This document shows positions 11,171-19,496 of a DNA stretch of 19,496 nt, in pieces (the stretch's first letter is position 1; each line of letters opens with the position of its first letter). Below the pieces are notes generated by a model. The model searched no databases and was not told the origin of the DNA. It was given only the letters and a program-made list of their open reading frames with translations. This DNA is from Chloroflexota bacterium. Lineage in GTDB: Bacteria > Chloroflexota > Dehalococcoidia > UBA2979. The DNA lies in assembly GCA_027593235.1 (NCBI GenBank), contig JAQCIU010000048.1, positions 1 through 19,496 of the forward strand, in the 5' to 3' direction. The translations under genes and the position numbers were made by a program.

Positions 11171-12302
11171 GTTCGCGCGACCGTCCAGCGCGCAACCGCA
11201 TCGCGTGGTCGGCGATCCACTGCTGTTGCTCGCGGCGCTCGTGATCGGCGCGATCGGCCTGCTCTCGCTCCAGGGCTCCACTGGCGAGGGCAATGGTTCC
11301 GTCTCGCCGGATGTCGCCCGCCAGGGCATCTTCCTGATCGTCGGACTGCTCGTTCTGATCACGGCCGCCCGCTTCGACTACCGCCTGCTGCGCCTCACCT
11401 GGGCGCCGCTACTGCTCGCCGGGATCGCCCTGCTCGCGCTCGTGCTCGCTGCCGGCAGTTCGGAGTACGGCGCGCGCCGCTGGTTCGTGATCGGCGCCTA
11501 CAGCCTCCAACCCTCCGAGTTCGCGCGGCTGGCGACCGTGCTGGCAATCGCGGCCACCGCCTCCTCCCGCGAGGCCGCCCCGCGAGGGTTCGCGCTGCTC
11601 CTGATCGCCTTCCTCGTGCCCGCCGCGCTGATCCTCGTGGAGCCGGACCTCGGCAGTGCCTTGGTCCTCGGATCCGCCTGGCTGGCGCTGATGATCGCCT
11701 GGCCGGTCTCCGCGCGCGGCCTGTGGGCGATTGCCGCAACCGTCGTCTCGTTCATCCCGCTCGCCTTCGCCCTCGCCGTCCCGGGCTACCAGCGCGAGCG
11801 TCTCGCCGTGTTCCTCGATCCCGACCGCGATCCGCTGGGGAGCGGCTTCACGCTCCGCCAGGTGGAGGTCGCCCTCGGTGGTGGGGGCGTCACCGGGCGA
11901 GGGCTGGAGCTCGCCAGCTCCGCGCTCGACGGCCTCTCCACACGCAGTTCCGACTTCGCGCTCGCGCAGATCGGCGAACAGCTCGGCCTCGTCGGGACAC
12001 TCGCAGTGCTGCTGGGCTTCGCCGTCATCGCGTGGCGGGGTCTCGCGATCGCCGAGTCGGCACCGGACCGCTTTGGCCAACTGCTCGCGGTTGGCATCAC
12101 CGCGTTGCTGGTCGTGCAGGCGCTCCTGCACGTCGCCGTCAACGTCCGCCTCTTCCCCGCCACCGGCATCCCGCTGCCGCTCATCTCCCTCGGCGGATCC
12201 TCGATGGTTGCCGCCTGCGCGATGATCGGCATCCTGCTCAGCATCGCCTCCCGGCGCCACGCCGGCCCCCTCGAACGGTGGAGCGCGGCGCGCTGGGACT
12301 AG
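11163..12302 (+). CDS. rodA: SEDS peptidoglycan glycosyltransferase RodA
   Basis: GARRW, LQPSEF, EPDLGSA, YQRERL..FLDP.RDPLGSG, SSDF, TGIPLPLISLGGSS, about 10 TM helices. Overlaps the mrdA stop. Confidence 0.92.
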   Translation: MTEFARPSSAQPHRVVGDPLLLLAALVIGAIGLLSLQGSTGEGNGSVSPDVARQGIFLIVGLLVLITAARFDYRLLRLTWAPLLLAGIALLALVLAAGSSEYGARRWFVIGAYSLQPSEFARLATVLAIAATASSREAAPRGFALLLIAFLVPAALILVEPDLGSALVLGSAWLALMIAWPVSARGLWAIAATVVSFIPLAFALAVPGYQRERLAVFLDPDRDPLGSGFTLRQVEVALGGGGVTGRGLELASSALDGLSTRSSDFALAQIGEQLGLVGTLAVLLGFAVIAWRGLAIAESAPDRFGQLLAVGITALLVVQALLHVAVNVRLFPATGIPLPLISLGGSSMVAACAMIGILLSIASRRHAGPLERWSAARWD

Positions 12303-12439
12303 CGCACCGCTCGAGCCGCGCGGCTGCGTCGGGACCAGCTAGCCGGTTCCGTGCGTCCGAGGGGTGTCGCTTCCGAGGTATCGCCCCCCGCCCACGTCGC
12401 TCATCGCGTTGCTTCCGACACGTCAGCCCCTGACACGCA

Positions 12440-12465
12440 GAACGGGCCTCTCGCGAGGCCCGTTC
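12440..12465. terminator. Hairpin between convergent rodA and clpC, likely terminator
   Basis: Perfect 11-bp stem GAACGGGCCTC/GAGGCCCGTTC with a 4-nt loop (GCGA on the minus strand), 23 nt after the clpC stop. U-tract is weak. Confidence 0.7.
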
Positions 12466-12488
12466 GGTGGATTCGTTCGTCGCGCTGA

Positions 12489-14999
12489 CTAGGACGTCAG
12501 TGCCGGCTCTGCTGGCTCGACCGGCTCCGAGGGCTCCGCAGGCACTCCCGCGATTCGGTCGATCTTGATCGCACCGTCCACGTAGTCGACACGGATCGTG
12601 TCGCCCTCCTGGTAGGTCGAATCAAGCATCAGATCCGACATCGGATCTTCCACCTGGTTCTGGATCACGCGGCGCAACGGTCGCGCCCCGAACACGTCGT
12701 CGAATCCCTCTTTACCGAGGTAATCGAGCAACTCAGGCGTGACCTCAAGGTGCATCAACTTGTCGCGCAGGTTGTCGCGCAGGTCGTTGAGCTGGAGGTC
12801 CACAATCTGGTGGATGTGATCCTGCGCCAGCGCGTGGAACACCACGTGCTGATCGATTCGGTTGATGAACTCGGGACGGAAGACCCGCTTCATCTCCTCC
12901 TCGACGCGATCCTTCATCCGCTTGTAGCGGTCCTCGGCGGTCTTCTCCTCATCCGTCGCCGTCGCGAACCCGACGCGTGAGTCCTTGCGGATCAGGTCGG
13001 AACCAACGTTCGACGTCATGATGATGATGGTGTTGCGGAAGTCGACCTTGCGGCCCTTCGCGTCGGACAGGTGTCCGTCATCGAAGATCTGCAACAGCAT
13101 GTTGAAGACGTCAGGGTGCGCCTTCTCGATCTCGTCGAGCAGAATCAGGCAGTAGTTCCGGCGACGGACGAGGTCCGTCAGCTGGCCGCCATCCTCATAA
13201 CCGACGTAGCCGGGAGGAGACCCGACCAATCGCGAGACGGTGTGCTTCTCCATGAATTCGGACATGTCGATCCGGACGATGTTGTCCTTCGACCCGAACA
13301 TGAACTCGCCCAGCATCTGTGCCAGGTAGGTCTTCCCCACGCCGGTCGGGCCCAGGAACATGAAGACGCCGATCGGGCGCTTCGGGTCCTTGAGTCCCGC
13401 GCTCGCGCGGCGCACGGCCTTGGAAACGGCGGCAATCGCCTCTTCCTGACCGATCACCTTCTCCTTGAGATAGCTCTCCATCTCAAGCAGGCGCTGCGAC
13501 TCCTCGGCGGCGATCCGGGTCAACGGCACGCCGGTCCACTGGGAGATTACGTCGCGGATATCGTCCTCGGTCACGATGGCCTGGTCGGCCTCGCGCGCGG
13601 ACTCCATCTCGCTCTCGAGCTCCTCAAGCTGCGCCTGCAGGCGCACCTCGCGCTCGCGCAGCTCCGCGGCGAACTCGTACTGCTGGTTCGCGATCGCCTG
13701 ATCCTTCTCGCGACGCAGCGCCTCGAGGCCCTTCGTCACTTCGCGGACCGAGGGCGGGGTCGCGTGGCGGCGGATACGCACCCGCGCGGACGCCTCGTCG
13801 ATCAGGTCGATCGCCTTGTCCGGAAGGAAGCGATCCGCGACGTAGCGCGCGGACAACTCTGACGCGGCCTTCACGGCCTCGTCTGAGATCTTCAGCTTGT
13901 GGTGGTCCTCGTACATGGAGCGGACGCCCATCAAGATCCTGATGGTGTCTTCCACGGACGGCTCGTCCACCTGCACCGGCTGGAAGCGCCGCTCGAGGGC
14001 TGCGTCGCGTTCGATGTGCTTGCGGTACTCGTCGAGGGTGGTCGCGCCAACCGCCTGGATTTCGCCGCGCGCGAGCGCCGGCTTCAGGATGTTGGCCGCG
14101 TCAACCGCGCCCTCCGCGGCACCGGCGCCGACGAGCATGTGCAGCTCGTCGATGAACAGCACGCAGTTACCGGAAGACTTGATCTCTTCGATCACCTTCT
14201 TCAGGCGCTCTTCGAACTCGCCGCGGTACTTCGTGCCGGCGACCAGCAGACCGATGTCCAGGGTCAGCATCCGCTTGCCGAGCAGCGTCTCCGGGACCTC
14301 GCCGGTCACGATGCGGTGGGCAAGGCCCTCCGCGATCGCGGTCTTGCCGACGCCGGGCTCACCGATCAGCACCGGGTTGTTCTTCGTACGTCGCGAGAGG
14401 ATCTGAACGACCCGCTCGATCTCGTGGTCGCGCCCAACGATCGGGTCGAGCTGACCTGCGCGAGCCATCGCCGTCAGGTCCACGCCAAGCTGATCCAGCG
14501 TGGGCGTGCGCGCGGAGCGCTGCCCGGCCGCCGCCGTCGCCTGACCCTGCGGCTGGTTCTGCGCGAGGATGCGCGTGGTTTCGCCACGCACCCGCTCGAG
14601 GTTGACCCCGAGACTTTCGAGGACGCCTGCCGCGATGCCTTCGCCCTCGCGGACGAGACCCAGCAGCAGGTGTTCCGTGCCGATGTAGGAGTGCGATAGC
14701 CGGCGGGCTTCGTCGACCGACAGCTCGATCACCTTCTTCGCGCGCGGCGTCAGCCCGATCTCGCCCGTCGACTGACGGTCGCCCCGGCCGATGATGAACT
14801 CCACCGCGGAACGAACCTTGTTCAGTTCCACGCCGAGGTTCGAGAGCACCTTGGCGGCTACGCCATCGCCCTCGCGCACGAGCCCGAGCAACAGGTGTTC
14901 GGTCCCGATGTAGTTGTGATTGAAGCGTTGAGCCTCTTCCTGAGCGAGTGTCAGGACTCTGCGGGCTCGTTCCGTGAACTTGTCGAATCGGTCAGCCAT
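12489..14999 (-). CDS. clpC: ATP-dependent Clp protease ATP-binding subunit ClpC
   Basis: Two Clp-N repeats ([11 protein letters not shown] x2), Walker A GEPGVGKT and GPTGVGKT, short UVR-type M-domain ([13 protein letters not shown]), pore loop GYVG, ClpP-docking VGF loop. SD GGAGGG at 15004-15009. Confidence 0.97.
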   Translation of the reverse strand: MADRFDKFTERARRVLTLAQEEAQRFNHNYIGTEHLLLGLVREGDGVAAKVLSNLGVELNKVRSAVEFIIGRGDRQSTGEIGLTPRAKKVIELSVDEARRLSHSYIGTEHLLLGLVREGEGIAAGVLESLGVNLERVRGETTRILAQNQPQGQATAAAGQRSARTPTLDQLGVDLTAMARAGQLDPIVGRDHEIERVVQILSRRTKNNPVLIGEPGVGKTAIAEGLAHRIVTGEVPETLLGKRMLTLDIGLLVAGTKYRGEFEERLKKVIEEIKSSGNCVLFIDELHMLVGAGAAEGAVDAANILKPALARGEIQAVGATTLDEYRKHIERDAALERRFQPVQVDEPSVEDTIRILMGVRSMYEDHHKLKISDEAVKAASELSARYVADRFLPDKAIDLIDEASARVRIRRHATPPSVREVTKGLEALRREKDQAIANQQYEFAAELREREVRLQAQLEELESEMESAREADQAIVTEDDIRDVISQWTGVPLTRIAAEESQRLLEMESYLKEKVIGQEEAIAAVSKAVRRASAGLKDPKRPIGVFMFLGPTGVGKTYLAQMLGEFMFGSKDNIVRIDMSEFMEKHTVSRLVGSPPGYVGYEDGGQLTDLVRRRNYCLILLDEIEKAHPDVFNMLLQIFDDGHLSDAKGRKVDFRNTIIIMTSNVGSDLIRKDSRVGFATATDEEKTAEDRYKRMKDRVEEEMKRVFRPEFINRIDQHVVFHALAQDHIHQIVDLQLNDLRDNLRDKLMHLEVTPELLDYLGKEGFDDVFGARPLRRVIQNQVEDPMSDLMLDSTYQEGDTIRVDYVDGAIKIDRIAGVPAEPSEPVEPAEPALTS

Positions 15000-15143
15000 C
15001 CGGCCCTCCGTTCGTATGCAAAAACAAGGCTATCACAGCGCAATTCGAGCAACGAGAACGGATCAACCACTCTCGTCATATCAAACGAAGATCGAACGAA
15101 GTCTGGCCACGGAGCCGCGCCTCGAACCTCCCGGATCCACTCC

Positions 15144-15172
15144 ATTATTAGGGAGAACACCGATCCCGTCAG
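15144..15172 (-). promoter_or_regulatory. Possible clpC promoter
   Basis: Minus strand CTGACG-N16-TAATAAT, located downstream of the rpsA terminator. Confidence 0.35.
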
Positions 15173-15239
15173 TGGGTGGGAACCCGCAGGCCCCACCCGT
15201 TCGACTAGGTCGCTCGTCCGGTACCCGAACCGCCCTCGA

Positions 15240-15271
15240 ATCAACAAATCGGCTCCCTTGCGGGAGCCGAT
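15240..15271 (-). terminator. Intrinsic terminator of rpsA
   Basis: Minus strand ATCGGCTCCC-GCAA-GGGAGCCGAT (10-bp stem, GNRA loop) followed by TTGTTGAT. Confidence 0.8.
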
Positions 15272-15306
15272 GTTCGGGCGGGAACGGGGCGCTTGTGGCT
15301 CCCCGA

Positions 15307-17052
15307 TCACTCGTCCTTCGTGGACTCCTCATCAGCGGCAGGCGCCTCGGCCTCGGGGGCCGCGGGAGCTTCCGCCTCGGCGGGCGCCGCTGCTTCCGGT
15401 TCGACCGCAGCCGCCGGCGCTTCCGCAACGGCTGGCTCGGCAACTGGCGCCTCGGCGACCGCTGCCTCGGCGACTGGCGCCTCGGTAACTGCTGCCTCTG
15501 CAACCGGAGCTTCGGCGGCGGGAGCCTCGGCGACATCCGCGTCGCTGGTCTCGGCCTCCTGCTGCGCGGCCTGCGCAGCCTGCATCGCCGCCTGCATGGC
15601 GGTCAGCACCGGACCCTGATCGACCTCGGGCTGTGCCGACGCCGTGCCGCCCGACGCGGGGCTTGCGGCCGCCTGCTCGCGGCGAACCGCGGCCTGCGCC
15701 GTCTCCGCCTCGCGGCGGGCCTCGTAGCGCTGCTCGATCGCCGTCGTCTCATCGCCGAACGCCTCGCGGGCGTCGTCGCTGACCGCGGTCACGCGGCCAT
15801 CGCCGTCGAACTGCCAGCCGCGCAACTCAGCCTCGCGCCGCGATTCGCGGAGCGACAAGCCAAGGCGGTGCCGGTCGTGCTCGATGCGAACGATCTTCAG
15901 CGGGACGACGTCGCCATCCTCGAGGACTTCCTCGGGGTGACAGATCCGTCGCTCGACGATCTCGGAGACGTGGACCAGACCCTCCACCGGGCCAGGCAGA
16001 CGCGCGAACGCGCCGAACGGCACCAGCTTCGTGATCACGCCGGGGACAACGTCGCCTACGGCGTAACGGGTGATCATCTCTTCCCATTGTTCCGGCGCTG
16101 CGCGTCGGATCGAGAGGGCGATCTTCTTGTTCTCCTTGTCGACGCGGAGCACGTACACGCTCACGTCGTCGCCAATCTTGAACAGTTCCTCCGGCTGCGC
16201 GTTGCGGTCCCACGACAGCTCGGAAAGGTGCACGAGGCCGTCGGCGCCGCCCAGGTCCACGAACACACCGAAGTTTCGGATTGAGGCGACCTTGCCGGTG
16301 CGAATCTCGCCCTCGGCCAGCTCGTCCAGCAAGCGGTCCTTCTGCTCGGTTCGCCACTCCTGGAGCGCGGCGCGCTCGGACAGGATGACGCGGTTGCGCC
16401 GGCGATTGATCTCGATCACCTTGAGCTGCAACTCGCGGCCGACCTGGGCGGACAGCGGGTTCGCGCCGTCGGAGCCGGGCTTCGCACCAACGACCTGCGA
16501 CATCGGGATGAAGGCGTTGACGCCCTCGACGTTGGCCAGCAGACCGCCCTTGTTGAAGCCGGTGATCTCCGCTTCGAAGACGTCGCCGCTCTCGAAGCGC
16601 TCCTGGAGGACGCGCCAACCCTGCTCGCCACGAGCACGGTCGATCGACAGGCCGACCTGTCCGGCCGCCGTCTCCGGCTGAATCACGAAGACGAGAACGG
16701 TCTCGCCAATCGCCAGCTTCGACAGGGGATCGGCCCCCATCGACAGCATCTCTTGGACTGGGACCACGCCTTCGGACTTGAAGCCGATGTCGACGAGCAC
16801 GCTATCGCGCTCGATCGCCATCACACTGCCCTCGACAACCTCGCCCCGACGAAGCGGACGGAGTTCGCCCGCGCCGACACTCTCAAGGAGTGACGCCATA
16901 TCTTCGATCGGTTCGCTGCTCGCGGCTGGAGCTGCTGCAGGCGCCGTTGCGACTGCGGGAGCCGTAGGCTCGCTGGGCATCGCCGCTTCGATTGCGGCCT
17001 GGTCGTCCACCGGTGAAGCCGGTGCGTCGGGTGAAGTGCTCGCGTTGGTCAA
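15307..17052 (-). CDS. rpsA: 30S ribosomal protein S1 (four S1 domains, long N- and C-terminal extensions)
   Basis: VLVDIGFKSEG, FNKGGL....AFIP.S, FGVFVDLGGADGLVHLSELSW, FGAFARL...EGLVHVSEI. Start reassigned to TTG 17052 with a GGGAGG SD 10 nt upstream (581 aa). Confidence 0.93.
   Translation of the reverse strand: MTNASTSPDAPASPVDDQAAIEAAMPSEPTAPAVATAPAAAPAASSEPIEDMASLLESVGAGELRPLRRGEVVEGSVMAIERDSVLVDIGFKSEGVVPVQEMLSMGADPLSKLAIGETVLVFVIQPETAAGQVGLSIDRARGEQGWRVLQERFESGDVFEAEITGFNKGGLLANVEGVNAFIPMSQVVGAKPGSDGANPLSAQVGRELQLKVIEINRRRNRVILSERAALQEWRTEQKDRLLDELAEGEIRTGKVASIRNFGVFVDLGGADGLVHLSELSWDRNAQPEELFKIGDDVSVYVLRVDKENKKIALSIRRAAPEQWEEMITRYAVGDVVPGVITKLVPFGAFARLPGPVEGLVHVSEIVERRICHPEEVLEDGDVVPLKIVRIEHDRHRLGLSLRESRREAELRGWQFDGDGRVTAVSDDAREAFGDETTAIEQRYEARREAETAQAAVRREQAAASPASGGTASAQPEVDQGPVLTAMQAAMQAAQAAQQEAETSDADVAEAPAAEAPVAEAAVTEAPVAEAAVAEAPVAEPAVAEAPAAAVEPEAAAPAEAEAPAAPEAEAPAADEESTKDE
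15412..15531 (-). repeat. Degenerate 15-bp coding tandem repeat (8 pentapeptides, consensus AEAPV) in the S1 C-terminal tail
   Basis: AEAPA-AEAPV-AEAAV-TEAPV-AEAAV-AEAPV-AEPAV-AEAPA. Confidence 0.85.
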
Positions 17053-17111
17053 ACTCGGTCTGCCTCCCGTGGTGCATGCACCACGTGTTTCTCTGAGTCT
17101 ATATCCGGCGC

Positions 17112-17120
17112 AGCATAGCA
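17112..17120 (-). promoter_or_regulatory. Possible extended -10 promoter for rpsA
   Basis: TG-C-TATGCT on the minus strand about 60 nt upstream of the TTG start. Confidence 0.4.
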
Positions 17121-17194
17121 TGGCTGACGCTTGGAACCATTGGGGTTCGCCCCGGCGGCTTCGCCTCGGTAGGCGGTTGGCGCCGAGCGCACAA

Positions 17195-17219
17195 CGGGCC
17201 ACTCCAGAGGAGTGGCCCG
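17195..17219 (-). terminator. Hairpin immediately downstream of 5S rRNA, likely terminator
   Basis: Perfect 11-bp stem CGGGCCACTCC/GGAGTGGCCCG with a 3-nt loop, followed by a short TTGT on the minus strand. Confidence 0.7.
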
Positions 17220-17226
17220 CATAGGT

Positions 17227-17344
17227 CCTGGCGGTGGCCTATTTTCCGCACCCAGTTGCCTGGGCAGTATCGTCAGCGCTACGGCGTTTCACTTCCGTGT
17301 TCGGAATGGGAACGGGTGGGGCCGCCGCGCTCTAACCACCAAGG
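17227..17344 (-). rRNA. rrf: 5S ribosomal RNA
   Basis: Minus strand CCTTGGTGGT...CCACCCGTTCCCATTCCGAACACGGAAGTGAAAC...GATACTG...AAAATAGGCCACCGCCAGG. The conserved CCGAAC loop is present and the termini pair as helix I. Confidence 0.97.
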
Positions 17345-18458
17345 TGATGATTATCCGATCCCAAGGTGCTCAAGAGCAAGACCCCTCAAGCAGGGAATCT
17401 GCGGACCTCCCCCGACACGGGCCAGATCACCCCGCATCCGCTCGCGAACACCCCCTGACGGTCCTCGACTCTGTCTCACCGAGAACCGCGATCGCGGCCA
17501 CTCCGGCAGCGAGTGCTGCTTCCGATCGGCGCAGCGACGACAGGCACACCGCGACGGGCGCCGACCTGGTCGCGAGACGGCGCTGGAGAACCTCCGGCGT
17601 CCCTCGGCCTCAGCCGCCCGCCCTAAATCCGAGGGCGCCCCGCCGATGGGCGGACCTCGACGGACACCATCGAGTGGACCTGGCCGAACCGTCGTTGCAG
17701 CACGGGGCGATTTGCCTCGGCCCGGACCGCCGTTCCGTCCCCGGGCACCAGACCGGACACTGGATACCCAACGGGAACCCACCAGCTACACCCGCACGCC
17801 GGCCGACGCAGGTGAGTCCCGCACCCGACCAGGCTCAGCACGGAGCGCCTCGAAGGATCATCCGTACGACCTCCCCCGGTCACCCCGCTCCTCGGAACCG
17901 TGGCGGGTGAGGTCCTAGCGCTCGAGAGGCGGGAGCACGCGATCGCACCGGCCACACGCCGGCTCCTAGCGACGGCCCGGACCTCGAGGCCACGCCGGCG
18001 GCACCCCGGCCAATCTGCGGGCCGCCCGAGGACGGGCCCTTTCTATCGTCTACCGCCGGTCTCGCCCTCGAGGTGCTCGGGATCTCGATCCGTTCGTAGA
18101 CGAGTGGTCCACGCGCCAGCCCCACCACGCACCGGCCCGCCCACACCGACGAGGGGCGAAGCTTCGCCCGCCCCTCGGAAGTGCACCATAAATAAGGTCT
18201 CCCGCAGGCGGACGTCGCGCGCTCGTCCGTAGCGAGGCGCAACAAAGATCGTGGACCTCGTCGCTCGGTCATAGATCGGTGACAGAAAAGCCTCTCCGCG
18301 CAAGCCCGCGCCGCAGGCTCGTCCGCCCGAGGCAGGGCCAAGGGCCTCGGAGCCCTCGTTACTCTGCAGTAACTCTGTCGTCAGCCCGGTCACCATCGAG
18401 CCCCCTGTCCCACGCTCGGCGGCACCGAGAAGCAACAGAATGGCGGAGCTCCGTCCTC

Positions 18459-18498
18459 CGTCGGCACATCGGCACATCGGCACGTCGGCACGTCGGCA
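18459..18498. repeat. 8-bp tandem repeat TCGGCAC(A/G) x~4.75
   Basis: TCGGCACA TCGGCACA TCGGCACG TCGGCACG TCGGCA read directly at 18461-18498. Confidence 0.9.
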
Positions 18499-19010
18499 AT
18501 TGATCGGATTCCGGTACGCGCCTCACGCCGACGGCGGTCCCGCCCACGAGAGACAGAGTCAGTACCTCGCGGGTACGCCATCGAACCGGAGGATGCAGGG
18601 TCGCCGCGTCTGCGCGCACTGCGTCCTCCTCTCAAACCCACAGGTAGGGCTGAGCCATCGTGCTAGGCTTTCCCGCCGTCATCGACACCGTCATCGACCC
18701 CAACTCGGCCCCGACTCGCCCCAAGCCCACGCCCTACGCTCCCCCCGCCCGGAGAGACCCCAGAAGGGTCGGGCATCGTCGCTCCGTTCCCCTCCTCGAC
18801 ACGCCGGACCCAGCGCCCTCGCGCCCGCCCACGCCGCCGACCACCGGCCGCCCGCCAGGGTCCGCCGGGGTCCGCCGCGAAATGACGGAAGAGGGACCCA
18901 AGAACGGGGGACGCCTGCGGCCCCACCGTCGACCCGTTGGAACCTGGCGATCGCCACGCTGTCCCAGCGTTCCGCCCCACGCGCATCCCCCGCGCCCGGC
19001 CGCGTGCGGG

Positions 19011-19050
19011 CAACAAAAAGGGCGGAACCTTGCGGCTCCGCCCTTTCTTT
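19011..19050 (-). terminator. Intrinsic terminator directly after tRNA-fMet
   Basis: Minus strand AAAGGGCGGAGCC-GCAA-GGTTCCGCCC-TTTTTGTTG (GC stem with one G-U pair, GNRA loop, U-tract). A T-tract on the plus side suggests it could be bidirectional. Confidence 0.88.
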
Positions 19051-19055
19051 ATCGC

Positions 19056-19130
<75 letters not shown>

Positions 19131-19240
19131 ACGTCGCGCGCCAACGGGACACGAAGTCCAACGCTGACACCTTCACAGAATATCACGCGAGCGGCGCACG
19201 ACCTGCGCCTGCAATAGTGGATCGAGGTTGTGCTTGATGA

Positions 19241-19496
<256 letters not shown>

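Noticed and set aside
15189-15202. 14-nt segment GGCCCCACCCGTTC, inverted match to 5S rRNA gene positions 17310-17323
   Set aside because: About one such 14-mer match is expected by chance in a GC-rich 19.5 kb window, and it does not extend.
17053-17202. N-terminal 50 codons of the 631-aa rpsA ORF call
   Set aside because: They span a terminator hairpin and promoter-like sequence, while TTG 17052 has a strong SD. Similar over-extended starts were trimmed for hisF, hisH, ligA, mreB, mrdA and rodA.
17505-17545. GGAAGCAGC on the minus strand resembling SRP RNA helix 8
   Set aside because: It lacks the upstream CAGG-stem-GNRA context needed for the SRP motif. No RNase P (GAGGAAAGTCC), tmRNA or group I/II intron signatures were seen in the spacer either.
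18459-18498. Possible CRISPR or iteron array
   Set aside because: 8-bp contiguous units with no spacers and no cas or rep genes. It is a simple microsatellite.
17467-18560. MITE bounded by the 11-bp inverted repeat GACTCTGTCTC
   Set aside because: No target-site duplication, and an 11-bp match within 1.7 kb is near chance expectation. Kept only as supporting detail.
19177-19186. TG-A-TATTCT extended -10 upstream of tRNA-fMet (own promoter)
   Set aside because: Plausible, but it is a single hexamer with no -35, and co-transcription with 23S explains the tRNA equally well. Too weak to call.

Overview
High-GC bacterial chromosomal window of mostly housekeeping genes, most consistent with Chloroflexota, possibly Dehalococcoidia-like. 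That assignment is an inference from the ClpC N-terminus, four-domain S1, the MreB N-terminus and an FbiB-C/FbiE-type nitroreductase. Gene order: partial F420-pathway nitroreductase (+); YigB-like HAD, hisF, hisA, hisH (-); ligA, a 66-aa winged-helix protein and a VIT1/CCC1 transporter (+); a complete elongasome operon mreB-mreC-mreD-mrdA-rodA (+); clpC, rpsA and 5S rRNA (-); a ~1.67 kb gene-free spacer; tRNA-fMet and the 3' end of 23S rRNA (-). No transposase, integrase, CRISPR or defence genes were seen. The main oddities are: (1) 5S rRNA is cut off from 23S by tRNA-fMet, an intrinsic terminator and a long non-coding spacer rich in hairpins, tandem repeats and a G4 motif; (2) a small DsrD/Z-alpha-like winged-helix ORF sits upstream of a metal transporter; (3) tiny 'relay' ORFs bridge stop/start gaps in the mre operon; (4) S1 has long disordered extensions. 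All calls are by-eye motif recognition without database searches, and I cannot demonstrate a new system from this window alone.
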